Notes: generated by a model not told the origin, from the letters alone. 64,000 nt of DNA from an uncultured Ignavibacteriota bacterium (GCA_903861125.1 CAIOTF010000038.1:78060-142059), one strand, 5' to 3'; shown: positions 30,219-40,258, numbered from the stretch's first letter. Numbers and translations: made by a program.

Positions 30219-31633
30219 ACAAGCCTCGTCGCAACGATATTCTGATTCCGTTCCTGACAATTTTTCTGGATGTCGTCGCATTCGAATCGGCATTTCTACT
30301 TTCGTACTGGCTTCGATTCTATTCGCCGCTGACCGGATATTTTGAGATCACGCTCGGCGTTCCGCCGATAAGAAGTTACGTAACTGCCTCGTGTGTTTTT
30401 ATTCCCGTCTTTCTGCTCGTCTTCCAATCGCGCAAACTCTACGGATCGCGCCGGAACATTCATTTAAGCGATGAGTTCTTTGCCCTCGTCCGTCTCATCA
30501 CCATCGGTATGATGATCATGATGAGTGCAACATTTTTCTACCGCGAAGTTTCATTCTCACGCGGCGTGTTCATCCTGTTATGGATCACTTCCATTACCAT
30601 GATCACCGCCGGCAGACTATTGGTGATTCGGTTTGAGCGATGGCTGTACAGAAGAAGAAAAGAACTGAAATCGGTAGTGATCGTCGGAAACAATAAAACA
30701 GCAGAGCAGATCTTTTTTCTCTTCACTCATAATCTTGCACTCGGCTATGAAGTGCTCGGATACTATGCAGAGTCAGCGGCTGACAGTTCATCCCGACTCG
30801 CGCAAGGCCGCTATTTGGGAACCATTTCAGCATTGTCCGGCGATATCCTGCCGCTGAGGATCCAGAGTGCTATTGTGGCACTTGCGCATAATGAACAGGA
30901 GAATCTCATAGAACTGCTGCGCGATACCGAAGGAAAGAACATCGAATTCATGATGGTACCCGATATGCTCGAGCTTATGACGAGCCGAATCCGAATACAG
31001 GAAATTGAAGGAATACCTTTTATCACCTTAAAAGATATTCCGATGTCTACATGGAACAGAATACTGAAGAGGAGTTTCGACGTATTATTCACGCTGTGTG
31101 CATTGAGTATTGCACTTCCGGTGATGGCTCTTATCTCCGTACTGATCAAACTCACATCGCGAGGACCGGTTTTTTATATACAGGAACGGATCGGGCTGGA
31201 CGGGAATTCATTTCCGCTTATCAAGTTCCGATCTATGCGGATCGACGCCGAAAAGAGCACCGGACCTGTGTGGAATACGAAGGACGACAGCCGTACAACG
31301 GTAATCGGAAAAATATTACGCCGGACAAGTTTGGATGAACTACCGCAATTGTTCAACGTACTGTCAGGCCAAATGAGCATCGTCGGTCCGAGACCGGAAC
31401 GTCCGTTCTTTGTGGAGCAGTTCAAATCGAATGTTCCAAAATATCTTGAACGTCATCGCGTAAAGACAGGCATGACGGGCTGGGCACAGGTGAACGGACT
31501 GCGCGGCGATGTTCCGATTGAAGACAGAACAAAGTACGACATTTATTATGTTGAGAACTGGTCCCTTGTATTCGACATAAAAATTATTTTGAAAACAATC
31601 CGAGCGGTAATTTTTGCGAGGGATGCTTATTAG
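30215..31633 (+). CDS. Polyprenyl-phosphate sugar phosphotransferase (WbaP/exopolysaccharide priming glycosyltransferase family).
   Basis: N-terminal TM bundle plus a conserved C-terminal catalytic domain (SIVGPRPERP...GMTGWAQVNG...YDIYYVENWSLVFD). Its ATG overlaps the stop of the upstream CorC gene (ATGA). Confidence 0.88.
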   Translation: MNKPRRNDILIPFLTIFLDVVAFESAFLLSYWLRFYSPLTGYFEITLGVPPIRSYVTASCVFIPVFLLVFQSRKLYGSRRNIHLSDEFFALVRLITIGMMIMMSATFFYREVSFSRGVFILLWITSITMITAGRLLVIRFERWLYRRRKELKSVVIVGNNKTAEQIFFLFTHNLALGYEVLGYYAESAADSSSRLAQGRYLGTISALSGDILPLRIQSAIVALAHNEQENLIELLRDTEGKNIEFMMVPDMLELMTSRIRIQEIEGIPFITLKDIPMSTWNRILKRSFDVLFTLCALSIALPVMALISVLIKLTSRGPVFYIQERIGLDGNSFPLIKFRSMRIDAEKSTGPVWNTKDDSRTTVIGKILRRTSLDELPQLFNVLSGQMSIVGPRPERPFFVEQFKSNVPKYLERHRVKTGMTGWAQVNGLRGDVPIEDRTKYDIYYVENWSLVFDIKIILKTIRAVIFARDAY

Positions 31634-31666
31634 ACTAACGGCCCTTACGGTGCATTCCGATGAACA

Positions 31667-31990
31667 TTGGAACGCTTTCGGGTTTGGAGAGTAACAATGA
31701 TACCACTGCTTATTTTTTACATTCACATCGTCGGTATTACTGCGGCGTTTACATCCGAATATCAAAAGGAAGGATTGAGTGCAGGATTTCTTTCGGTAGG
31801 ATTCTTTGTTCTGATCTTTTCTGTCGGCTGGTCGATCAGTTCGTTTTTTTTGAAATATCTCATCGGCCCTCCCGGGTTCGGTATCTGGCTCAACAGAGAT
31901 ACGCTATCACTTGTTATTTTAACGGTGTGCGAAGGATTTTTCTACTTTTATTATTTTAAGGATTCCAAGAAGCACACCGCGCGCAGTTGA
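31667..31990 (+). CDS. Small hypothetical membrane protein.
   Basis: 107-aa ORF with 3 predicted TM helices that fills an otherwise long intergenic gap. No family recognised. Confidence 0.4.
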   Translation: MERFRVWRVTMIPLLIFYIHIVGITAAFTSEYQKEGLSAGFLSVGFFVLIFSVGWSISSFFLKYLIGPPGFGIWLNRDTLSLVILTVCEGFFYFYYFKDSKKHTARS

Positions 31991-31991
31991 A

Positions 31992-32771
31992 TTACTTCAA
32001 TGTAAAATTAAATGTAATCGTACAATCCTGTTCCTGCTGCACCTGAGCGTTCAGAAGCGGATCAAACTTCCACAGTTTCACTTTACTCATCGCTGCATTT
32101 TCCAAACGCGTATCCCCTTTTTGAGCCGGCGATGCAGAACGTACTGTTCCGTCCGGTTGGACCCTCACTTTCAATTTAATCTGTGCAGAAATATTCACTC
32201 CCGGCGGATACACCGGCATCTCGCCGACCAGCAATTTCCTGCTGCCTCCGCCGGCCCATTGAACGGCAAATGCTACATTGTCCCCCATTCCTCCCGCTTC
32301 ATTTCCCGAGCCAAACGGCGTTGCCACTTTCATATTGGATGCATTGGAAGATTTGCCGGCAATATTGTCCCGTGTACCAAGTCCGCTCGATACGACATTG
32401 GAATGCTGTTCGTCCGCGGCGATCTTTCCGTTACGGCCCGTGTTGGTTGAAATATCCGCACTGATATTTTTTTTGTTTTGTTTCACGGAGATTACCTCAT
32501 CCGGAAGATCGAGATATCGTCGCGACGGAAGTGCAACCGAATTATCCGTCTGATTGTCCTGCATAGCTTCTTCTTGCGCGGCTGTGCGTTCGGAAGGAAT
32601 TGCGGGTACGGGAGACTGTAGAGAGTTGATATCTCCCCACGTCATCTCCACAAACTGCGGTTCGGGGATGTATTGTTTAAAGGTAGAGAAGAAAAGGATC
32701 ACTGCAACAGCAATATGAAAAAAAATTGAAATGACCCACCCAATATGTACTTCGCGACGGGAATGGACCAT
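31992..32771 (-). CDS. tonB: TonB-family energy transducer.
   Basis: N-terminal TM anchor (VHIGWVISIFFHIAVAVILFF), a Pro/Gln-rich spacer and a C-terminal TonB_C-like domain. The probable start (MVHSRRE) is 1 nt after the exbD TAA. Confidence 0.75.
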   Translation of the reverse strand: MVHSRREVHIGWVISIFFHIAVAVILFFSTFKQYIPEPQFVEMTWGDINSLQSPVPAIPSERTAAQEEAMQDNQTDNSVALPSRRYLDLPDEVISVKQNKKNISADISTNTGRNGKIAADEQHSNVVSSGLGTRDNIAGKSSNASNMKVATPFGSGNEAGGMGDNVAFAVQWAGGGSRKLLVGEMPVYPPGVNISAQIKLKVRVQPDGTVRSASPAQKGDTRLENAAMSKVKLWKFDPLLNAQVQQEQDCTITFNFTLK

Positions 32772-32772
32772 A

Positions 32773-33180
32773 TTAATTCCCTTCAACGGGCTCCGTTGCA
32801 ATCAAAAAACGTTGAGCACCGACCCCTTTTGCCAGATCGATCACTTCCACCGCTTTCTGAAGACTAACGTCTTTGTCCGCCCGGACGATGATCACCTGGG
32901 AGCGGTTTTGATCAAGAATAGGAATTAGTTTCTGACCAAGTGTTTCGGTCGTCACTTCGTCGGAATTGATATATATTCTGCCGGATGTAGTGATGGTTAG
33001 AACGGTCTGCCGGTCTGTCTGCGTTTCACTCGTCTGAGCTTTCGGCAATTGCACCTGGATTCCCGGCGACGAGACAAACGACGATGTAATGAGGAAAAAG
33101 ATCAGCAACTGCAGAACAATATCCGTCAGCGATGCATAATTAAAGTTCGGTTCGATCTTATTTTTACGTTCAAATTTCAT
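32773..33180 (-). CDS. exbD: Biopolymer transport protein ExbD/TolR.
   Basis: 135 aa, single N-terminal TM (IVLQLLIFFLIT) and a periplasmic ExbD domain. Confidence 0.85.
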   Translation of the reverse strand: MKFERKNKIEPNFNYASLTDIVLQLLIFFLITSSFVSSPGIQVQLPKAQTSETQTDRQTVLTITTSGRIYINSDEVTTETLGQKLIPILDQNRSQVIIVRADKDVSLQKAVEVIDLAKGVGAQRFLIATEPVEGN

Positions 33181-33221
33181 AGTTCAACACTTTTGGTGTT
33201 TCAGGGAACGTATACGCAGCC

Positions 33222-33938
33222 CTATTCATCCTTTGGTTCAAAATATTCGTCATCGGCAAAAACGGTCCGCGCCGGTGCGGATTTACGTTCAGATTTTTTT
33301 TCCGTGCCGGTGCCATCATCATCCAATTGCCCCGTCTTCATTAACGAAAGGAATTCCTCTGCGCTATTCTCAATTTCAAAAACAAAACGATTTACCTTAG
33401 CGACAAAATAATTGTAGAAATAGAGGGCCGGTATACCGACAATCAATCCGAATGCGGTGGTAAGCATCGCTTCCCAAATACCGGCAGCCAGAACGCTCGG
33501 ATTAACATTGCCGCTGAGCTGTTCGATAGTATGAAATACTGCGATCATACCTGTCACCGTTCCGAGAAATCCCAGCATCGGCGCCGTACCGGCCATATTA
33601 GCGAGAACGGAAAGACGTTTCTCAAGATGAAAAATCTCTTCTTTCCCCGCAAGTTCGATCGCTTCTTTCACCGCCTGATGACCATATTTATAATTAAGAA
33701 TGCCGTGTTTAAGAATATTTGAAACGGGAGCTTTTACTTTTGAACACGCTTCCACTGCACTGGCAACATCATTCCTCGTCAGCGCACTGCGGATCTTTGT
33801 CATCAATTGTTTGGGATCGACATTCGAGCGCGAAAGCAGGATATATTTTTCAATGATCACCGCAACGGTGATGAGCGAGCATAACAGAATCGGCCACATC
33901 ACCAGCCCGCCCTTCAAAAATAGTTCTAACAGATTCAT
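33222..33938 (-). CDS. exbB: MotA/TolQ/ExbB proton channel family protein.
   Basis: Three TM helices and the conserved GTVTGMI..F region. 238 aa. Confidence 0.88.
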   Translation of the reverse strand: MNLLELFLKGGLVMWPILLCSLITVAVIIEKYILLSRSNVDPKQLMTKIRSALTRNDVASAVEACSKVKAPVSNILKHGILNYKYGHQAVKEAIELAGKEEIFHLEKRLSVLANMAGTAPMLGFLGTVTGMIAVFHTIEQLSGNVNPSVLAAGIWEAMLTTAFGLIVGIPALYFYNYFVAKVNRFVFEIENSAEEFLSLMKTGQLDDDGTGTEKKSERKSAPARTVFADDEYFEPKDE

Positions 33939-34022
33939 TAAGGATCCTTTGAAAATAGTACATACAAAATTAGAATCTCCCTCCGAAAAGAGGGAGCACG
34001 GGAGAAGAGAACGGCGAAAATA

Positions 34023-34613
34023 TTATTTCCCGACTTTCACAATAACCGGTCTGGACTCGAGCATGTGCTCCATCTTTTCCAGTTGTGATGCAGCATCCGC
34101 TTTTGTCTCATAGCGGCCGACGCAAACCCTGAAGTAACTTCCCATCGGTTCAACAAACGCATCAAAGCCGGCATCGGTAAAGATTTTTGCCTGCGCATTC
34201 GCTTTTACTGCAACAGGCCACGAAGAGATCTGAACCGTGAACATTCCGGTGCCGTGAACGATGTTCTTTGCTGACGCTGGTTTTGTCTTGGCGGGGCGAG
34301 TTCCCGTTTCAACCCTTGTCAAATTCTCTTCCAATGCCGGTGCTACTGTTACCGGCGGCGGCGTTTGCCGCTGTACCGTATCCTGCGTTACCGTAGGAAC
34401 ATTTTCCGTCGGCAGTGATACTACTTGAGGGACCGGTTTTTTCTTTCCCCACAATTTTACGATCCCGGTCGTATTGAGAATAAACGCAACCGCACCGAGC
34501 GCGATGGCAGCAGCAACAATAATGATGACAGCCCTGGGAATTCCTCCTCCGCCTCCTGCTGACGATGATCCGGCTCCTTTTGGTGCATCACCTTTGACAT
34601 TTAAGTTTGGCAT
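34023..34613 (-). CDS. Membrane-anchored SPOR-domain (peptidoglycan-binding) protein.
   Basis: N-terminal TM (AVIIIVAAAIALGAVAFIL), a Pro/Thr-rich linker and a C-terminal SPOR-like domain (FTVQISSWPVAVKANAQAKIFTDAGFDAFVEP...YFRVCVGRYETKADA). Confidence 0.65.
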   Translation of the reverse strand: MPNLNVKGDAPKGAGSSSAGGGGGIPRAVIIIVAAAIALGAVAFILNTTGIVKLWGKKKPVPQVVSLPTENVPTVTQDTVQRQTPPPVTVAPALEENLTRVETGTRPAKTKPASAKNIVHGTGMFTVQISSWPVAVKANAQAKIFTDAGFDAFVEPMGSYFRVCVGRYETKADAASQLEKMEHMLESRPVIVKVGK

Positions 34614-34652
34614 TGTAGGTTCTCCTTTATTCTGTGAAATAATTATTTTTCG

Positions 34653-36416
34653 CTACCATTGATAACTGATACCGAGCAACAAAAAAATTGTACGCTCCTG
34701 ATATCCGTTCCATACTTCATAATGCTGGTCGAACATGTTGTTCAACTCTGCGTGACCTCGAAACTGCCTGAACAACTCAATCTCAGCTTTCACCCCACTG
34801 AATAGATAACCTGAAGTGGAATGAGAGTTTGAAAAATCCGTATACCGCGACGAATTATATTCTGCAAATGCCTCCGCGTGCAGTCCGAAATCAAAGAAGT
34901 GATGATACGCTGCACCTATTGTAACCTTCGGTATATACGGCATTGTTCCCGTAGAATCTTTTTGACGGACCTTCTGTGTCGAAAAATATGCAACAACATT
35001 CTGTTTTTGATTTAAGCGATACAATGAAGACAGATCAAATTTCGTCGAGCGAACGTCTGAAAGATAAAGAACTTCCCACACTTTTGCACTATTCTTGTCG
35101 TAGAATGTGGGATAATTATTGATATGTTTATAGGTTAATTTCGCTGTCACCGTAATTTCTTCTCTAGGAGTCAGTTCCATTCCCGCATAGTAATTCACCC
35201 GGACATCGGTAGGAACGAGAAGAGCATTAAAACGTGCATAACGATTTTGTTTGATAATTGATGACAGAGTGTTCCGTTCTACGGTTGGCGAAAAACCGGT
35301 ATACATCGAAGCATTTTCGGTAAATGAATAATGAACTTCAATGTTCGGATAAAACCGTCCGCTTGCCGCCCCGACATTGCCTCGATAGAGGAACTGCTGC
35401 AGCGCGATGGAAAGTTGAAGAGACGGCAGAAGCAATTGCTGTGCATCGGCACGAAGGACAAACCATTGTCCCGAATGTAACGCCAGCGAGTCCATGTGAT
35501 AACCGGTTGCGCGGTATTCAGCCTGTCCCCGGATTGATGTTTCAAAGAACCGAGTTGAAGCGTTGCCACCCAGCAGAAATTCTGCCTCCGTCGATTTTAC
35601 TGAATCGCTCGCGGAGAAATAACTCCAACCTGTCCTTGCTGAATAATCGACCCCGCTCAACGCTCTGTACGGAAGAGCATACCGCGAACCGATCCCTCCG
35701 CTTACTTCTATTCCGCTGAGATCACGGACACGATACGGCGATTGTGAAGCAAATGCACGATATGCTTCGCGTCCATATTTTGTCTCTCCGGTTAATTGCG
35801 CGAACGGGATGAACACCGATGATTCCGGCAGCGTATACGAACCGCGCACTCCGAATCCGCCCCGCCAGAATCCGGCATCGGCCACTTTCAAATGTCCCTG
35901 ACTTTCGGAATAATATCCGTTTACCACAAACGAACTTGTCGGACTGTATTGACCGAACCATCCATCAAACTGCGGCGTTGCGTAGAAACCGATACCGGCA
36001 AATACTTTACCGTTCAACGCCCCGGGCGTTTTTGTGAATGACTTAATCTGTTTCGGCGTGAGCGCTTCGCCGACATTGACCGGACGTTCGCCCGGAATTG
36101 GTTTTGCCGGGGAAAAGATCCTGTCCTGATCGTCTTCCGCCTTCGACTCGATGTTCAGATCGATCTTTTCATTTCCGGTAATGACAAATTCGGGAAGATC
36201 GATTTTCGGCAGAGGCGATTCGTTTCGAGGTGCCTGTACATCCGGACGATCAATATTTTTTTTCGCCGCTTCCTTCTTTTCGGATTCCTGGGCTAATGAG
36301 ATGCCGACAAGGAAAAAAAACACAGACACTGACAGGCAGAAGTACGCCGACAAAGAGCAGCGCCGGATCACCGCGTTATCGCGCAAACACGATGATCGTT
36401 TTAAGTCGATGCTCAT
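34653..36416 (-). CDS. Putative outer-membrane beta-barrel protein of unknown function.
   Basis: Signal peptide, alternating amphipathic beta-strand pattern rich in Y/G/S, and a C-terminal aromatic residue (...GISYQW). No TonB-box or plug-like N-terminus recognised. Its start overlaps the stop of the upstream TPR gene (ATGA). Confidence 0.5.
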   Translation of the reverse strand: MSIDLKRSSCLRDNAVIRRCSLSAYFCLSVSVFFFLVGISLAQESEKKEAAKKNIDRPDVQAPRNESPLPKIDLPEFVITGNEKIDLNIESKAEDDQDRIFSPAKPIPGERPVNVGEALTPKQIKSFTKTPGALNGKVFAGIGFYATPQFDGWFGQYSPTSSFVVNGYYSESQGHLKVADAGFWRGGFGVRGSYTLPESSVFIPFAQLTGETKYGREAYRAFASQSPYRVRDLSGIEVSGGIGSRYALPYRALSGVDYSARTGWSYFSASDSVKSTEAEFLLGGNASTRFFETSIRGQAEYRATGYHMDSLALHSGQWFVLRADAQQLLLPSLQLSIALQQFLYRGNVGAASGRFYPNIEVHYSFTENASMYTGFSPTVERNTLSSIIKQNRYARFNALLVPTDVRVNYYAGMELTPREEITVTAKLTYKHINNYPTFYDKNSAKVWEVLYLSDVRSTKFDLSSLYRLNQKQNVVAYFSTQKVRQKDSTGTMPYIPKVTIGAAYHHFFDFGLHAEAFAEYNSSRYTDFSNSHSTSGYLFSGVKAEIELFRQFRGHAELNNMFDQHYEVWNGYQERTIFLLLGISYQW

Positions 36417-39400
36417 AAGTGCTCCAGCGATTTTAATTTTTTCTCGGCCGGCGGGACCAGATCGGCAACTTTATTTTGTTTCACAACGAAGTTGTATGCA
36501 TCCTTCGCTTTTTGAATCTGATTTGTCTTTTCATAACATTCGCCGAGATTGAATGATGAACGTCCTATCCATTGCGCAGCAGCCGGAAATACGTACCGCA
36601 CACGCAGATAATTCACGATCGCTTCGGAATAGTTGTTCTGTGTTTGATACACGAGTCCGACGGCATATTGTGCTTCCGCTGCGATCTCGTCGGTTCTGTT
36701 CACTGCAACCGATTTGAAATATTCTATCGCTTTAGCGTATTGTTCCGATTCATTGTTCAGCCAGCCAAGGGCAAGTTTGCTTCTATCCGCTGCTGTGGTC
36801 TTACCATATTTTGTAAATGTTTCTTCAAATTTTTTCACGGCTGCTTTCAGCTGACCGGTACCCTTGAGCACCAATGCCTGCTGGTACGATGCTTCCGAAG
36901 CTTCATTAGAAGCAGGATATTGTTCTTCGATCCTGGCATACGCACTCAGCGCAATATCCGGTTTCCCGCGCTGCGACGAAATTCCTCCGGCTTCAAACAG
37001 AGCAGCGCTCGCTACGCGACTTGCCGGATATTTTTCTGCGGAAGTTGTGAATGATTCAAGAGCCGCCTGTGCGTTGCCTAAACCCTGATAGGATTTTCCC
37101 AACCAGAAATGCGCATCGCCGAGAAGTTTACTTTTCGGAAACCGGTCCAAGAAATCTTTGTATGCAACAATTGCGCTGTCATACTGTTTCTGACCGTAAA
37201 AAAGATCACCTTTTTTAAAGAATAGTTCATCCGCAAGCCGTACATTGGGATTCGATTTAACAAAATCATCAATCACCATAATCGCTTCGAGTGGTTTCCC
37301 CAATAAAACAAAGCAATATTGCATTCCATTGACAGCATCGCTTGCCAGGATTGAATTGTCGTATTTTTTGACAACATCGCTGTAGGCGGTTATTGCTTCA
37401 GGATATTTTTCAAGATTATAATATGCATCGGCGATGCTGTACTGGGCACGAGAGGCCATGTCGCTTTTCGGGAAATTTTTAATAAGCTTTTCAAATTCTG
37501 TAATCGCCTGTTGATACCGTTTGTTCTGAAAATGAATAAGTCCAATTCCATATTGGGCATCATCAGCATACTGAGACCTTGGATATTTGCTCATCAGTTC
37601 GGTGAACCGTGCAATTCCTTCTATATCATTTTTGGTCCTGTACTCAGCGTTCGCTACCTGATACAGTGCGTAATCATTATTCTGTGCCGCGGGATTACCT
37701 TTGATATAACTGCGATATGCCTCGCTTGCCTTGTCGTATATTTTTGCGGCATAATAACTATCGGCAATGCGAAGTTGAGCATCCTGCGTAAATTTTTTTG
37801 CGGAATCGCTTTCAACCACTTTCTCAAATGCATTTGCCGCCGGAAGATATTTCCCCTGTTTCAGATATGACCAAGCCAAGCCATACTGTGCATCTGCCCT
37901 TTTTGCCGCTGGAAGATCATTCAATGCTTCAGCGTAAAAGTGTTCCGCTTCAAGGAATTTTTGGATCTGGAAATACGACTCCGCAGCCCAAAAATCTGCT
38001 TCGGCCTTCTGCGGTTGTTTCGCGTTTCTGCGTGAAAATTGTTCAAATAGTTTTGCCGCATCGGAGAACTTCTTCATTTTATACAGTGCCCATGCTTCCT
38101 GGAATTGAGCATCGCTTTTCAAGGAAGAATTTGCCGTTTCAATTTTTCCCGCATTGCGGAACGCTGTTAACGCGCTGTCGAATTTTTTCTGTGCAAGATA
38201 GGTTTCGCCGACCATTCTGAGCGCATCGGCTATGACATCTCCCTGTTTGAATTTCGCAGTGATCTGCTGAAACGATTCAAGGGCTTTCCCGTAATCTTTC
38301 TTTTCGAAATAGATCATGCCGGATTCATAAAGAGCATTGTCGGAGAATTCACCTGTGGGCCGTGCCGCAACGGTTGCGAGATACGATGTCAAGGCGCTGT
38401 CGATATTTCCGCTCAATTGAAGCGAGCGGCCTTTCCGGAACATAGACTTGTGGGCAATGTCATCATTCCCTGATGAAAGTTCGCCGAATATTTTTCCCGC
38501 CTGATCGTATTCTTTAAGATTCAGATATGTCCACGCGTACGAATACTGAACATCACGAGTAATGATACTTGCGGGATATTTTTGTAAAAACGCACTGTAG
38601 AATGTTTTTGCTTTGGGATAGTCAGCAAGACTATAATATGATTCACCGATCAGATATTCACTCCGCTGTACTTCCGTTGAATCACTCAATAGTATTCGCG
38701 CCTGCGTCAGGTAATCAATACATTTCTTGTAATCATGCGACTGGAAATAACACTCGCCGATACGGACAGTTGTGGCGGAAAAAAGATCACTCTCCTTCTT
38801 TTCCGTCTGTAATTTTTGATATATCTCGATTGCTTTTCCGTATTCCTTTTTCCGTTCATGCGTCCAGCCGATCGAATAAAGGGCATAATCGACCAGCCGG
38901 TGTTTTGGATAGCGCTCGTAACTGACTTTAAAATAGATCTGAGCATTAGCAACGTCGTTCAGTTTTAAATAACATTCCCCTACCCAGTATGCTGCTTCGC
39001 CGGCCTGATCATTAAGCGGAAATTTCTCATACACTTCACGATAATACGATATGGCATCTTTATACGCTGTCTGCGCATAATTCATTTCACCGAGCCGGAA
39101 AAGGGCATCGAGTCGAAGTTTGTGTTTCGGATAATCCTGGGCAAAATTTTTGAAGATGGAAACAGCCGATTGGTACTGATTCAGCCGAAACTGAGACTCT
39201 GCAGAAAGGAATATCGCATCGGGTCTTTTTACACTGTTCGGATATTGATCGATGAATTTTTTGAACTGTTCAAATGATAACTGGTATAGCTTATCGTCAA
39301 AAAGTCCAAACGCAAATGCATAATCCTGTTCTTCCTGCAGCTCTCCCGATGTCTGCTGCGCCTGCAGGATTCCGGCAAAAAACACAATAAAAAGGACGAA

Positions 39401-39433
39401 AAAATATCGCTTCACAATTTCCTCAATAACCAA
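36413..39433 (-). CDS. Large secreted TPR-repeat protein (about 1000 aa, more than 20 TPR units).
   Basis: Signal peptide (FFVLFIVFFAGILQA) followed by TPR-like repeats throughout (recurrent YxxAxxxYxxxxYxxA spacing). Confidence 0.7.
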   Translation of the reverse strand: MVIEEIVKRYFFVLFIVFFAGILQAQQTSGELQEEQDYAFAFGLFDDKLYQLSFEQFKKFIDQYPNSVKRPDAIFLSAESQFRLNQYQSAVSIFKNFAQDYPKHKLRLDALFRLGEMNYAQTAYKDAISYYREVYEKFPLNDQAGEAAYWVGECYLKLNDVANAQIYFKVSYERYPKHRLVDYALYSIGWTHERKKEYGKAIEIYQKLQTEKKESDLFSATTVRIGECYFQSHDYKKCIDYLTQARILLSDSTEVQRSEYLIGESYYSLADYPKAKTFYSAFLQKYPASIITRDVQYSYAWTYLNLKEYDQAGKIFGELSSGNDDIAHKSMFRKGRSLQLSGNIDSALTSYLATVAARPTGEFSDNALYESGMIYFEKKDYGKALESFQQITAKFKQGDVIADALRMVGETYLAQKKFDSALTAFRNAGKIETANSSLKSDAQFQEAWALYKMKKFSDAAKLFEQFSRRNAKQPQKAEADFWAAESYFQIQKFLEAEHFYAEALNDLPAAKRADAQYGLAWSYLKQGKYLPAANAFEKVVESDSAKKFTQDAQLRIADSYYAAKIYDKASEAYRSYIKGNPAAQNNDYALYQVANAEYRTKNDIEGIARFTELMSKYPRSQYADDAQYGIGLIHFQNKRYQQAITEFEKLIKNFPKSDMASRAQYSIADAYYNLEKYPEAITAYSDVVKKYDNSILASDAVNGMQYCFVLLGKPLEAIMVIDDFVKSNPNVRLADELFFKKGDLFYGQKQYDSAIVAYKDFLDRFPKSKLLGDAHFWLGKSYQGLGNAQAALESFTTSAEKYPASRVASAALFEAGGISSQRGKPDIALSAYARIEEQYPASNEASEASYQQALVLKGTGQLKAAVKKFEETFTKYGKTTAADRSKLALGWLNNESEQYAKAIEYFKSVAVNRTDEIAAEAQYAVGLVYQTQNNYSEAIVNYLRVRYVFPAAAQWIGRSSFNLGECYEKTNQIQKAKDAYNFVVKQNKVADLVPPAEKKLKSLEHL

Positions 39434-39572
39434 TGAATAGCCACAACGAGAAACCTACAAGACTTAAAGTAACGGTTTTAATTGAACCGCTAAACTACTT
39501 GTAATTTAAGACATCAAAATGAGGGAGTCAAGAGAGCTGGGCAGGTTTGTGACATGAAACAGGTACGCTAAT

Positions 39573-40202
39573 TTACGTTCCGGAGTGTAATCCGCCCGAT
39601 GTTTCCATCCAATCGGCTATAGAATCTGATAATCCATCAATATCGTTACCGGAAACATCCAAATGCAATTTTGGCAGGATTGATCGATCAACGAGTTCCC
39701 TCAGCATTTCCTGTTCATTCAGAAAAAGACTGAGATTATCGTATTGTTTTGGGTTGCCGGAAACTTTAAGACGTTGTTCCCTTGCCTGTTCAAACGATTC
39801 CGGTGAGCGGTGACAGAATACAAGGTGAAATCCGAGCGGCAGCAGCCGTTCCTCGATCCATCTGAGATCATAATGCCTTCCGCAATATTTTTGCTGATGC
39901 ATCATCGTTGAAATGTGAAAACGATCATCGATCCAGGAATAATAACGCTGAAGTTCGAACAACCGGAGCCAGGTGTGGAATGTTTCCATCGCCTGCTGTT
40001 ATTCCGCGAGATCAAAATTAATCAATCCTCTTCCCCATGGAAAGTTTGTGAATGCACACCACTCCGCAGAAACAAGCGGAGAATGATACCGGTACTTTCT
40101 TGGACCGACAATGCGAGGATGTTCATTCAACGCAAAAGCAAGATCAGTTTTGTGCGTCAGACGGGTTCCTTCAAGGATTATTTTGGGAGTGAGTTTCGGC
40201 AC
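39573..40202 (-). pseudogene. P-loop-kinase-like hypothetical gene interrupted by an in-frame TAA (two ORFs 39999..40202 and 39573..39989 in the same frame, 9 nt apart).
   Basis: The minus strand reads ...INFDLAE-TAA-QQA-METFHTW.... Both ORFs share one frame. The N-terminus (KIILEGTRLTHKTDLAFAL) resembles a degenerate Walker A/chloramphenicol-phosphotransferase-like P-loop. Confidence 0.4.
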
Positions 40203-40258
40203 AAAATTCTTTTCGATGTACGATGATTCGAAACAGAGATCAGAAGTTTGGAAATACT

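Noticed and set aside
39999-40001. Possible selenocysteine/recoding at the in-frame stop joining ORFs 39999..40202 and 39573..39989.
   Set aside because: The stop is TAA, not TGA, and no SECIS-like hairpin is obvious. A nonsense mutation or sequencing error is more parsimonious.
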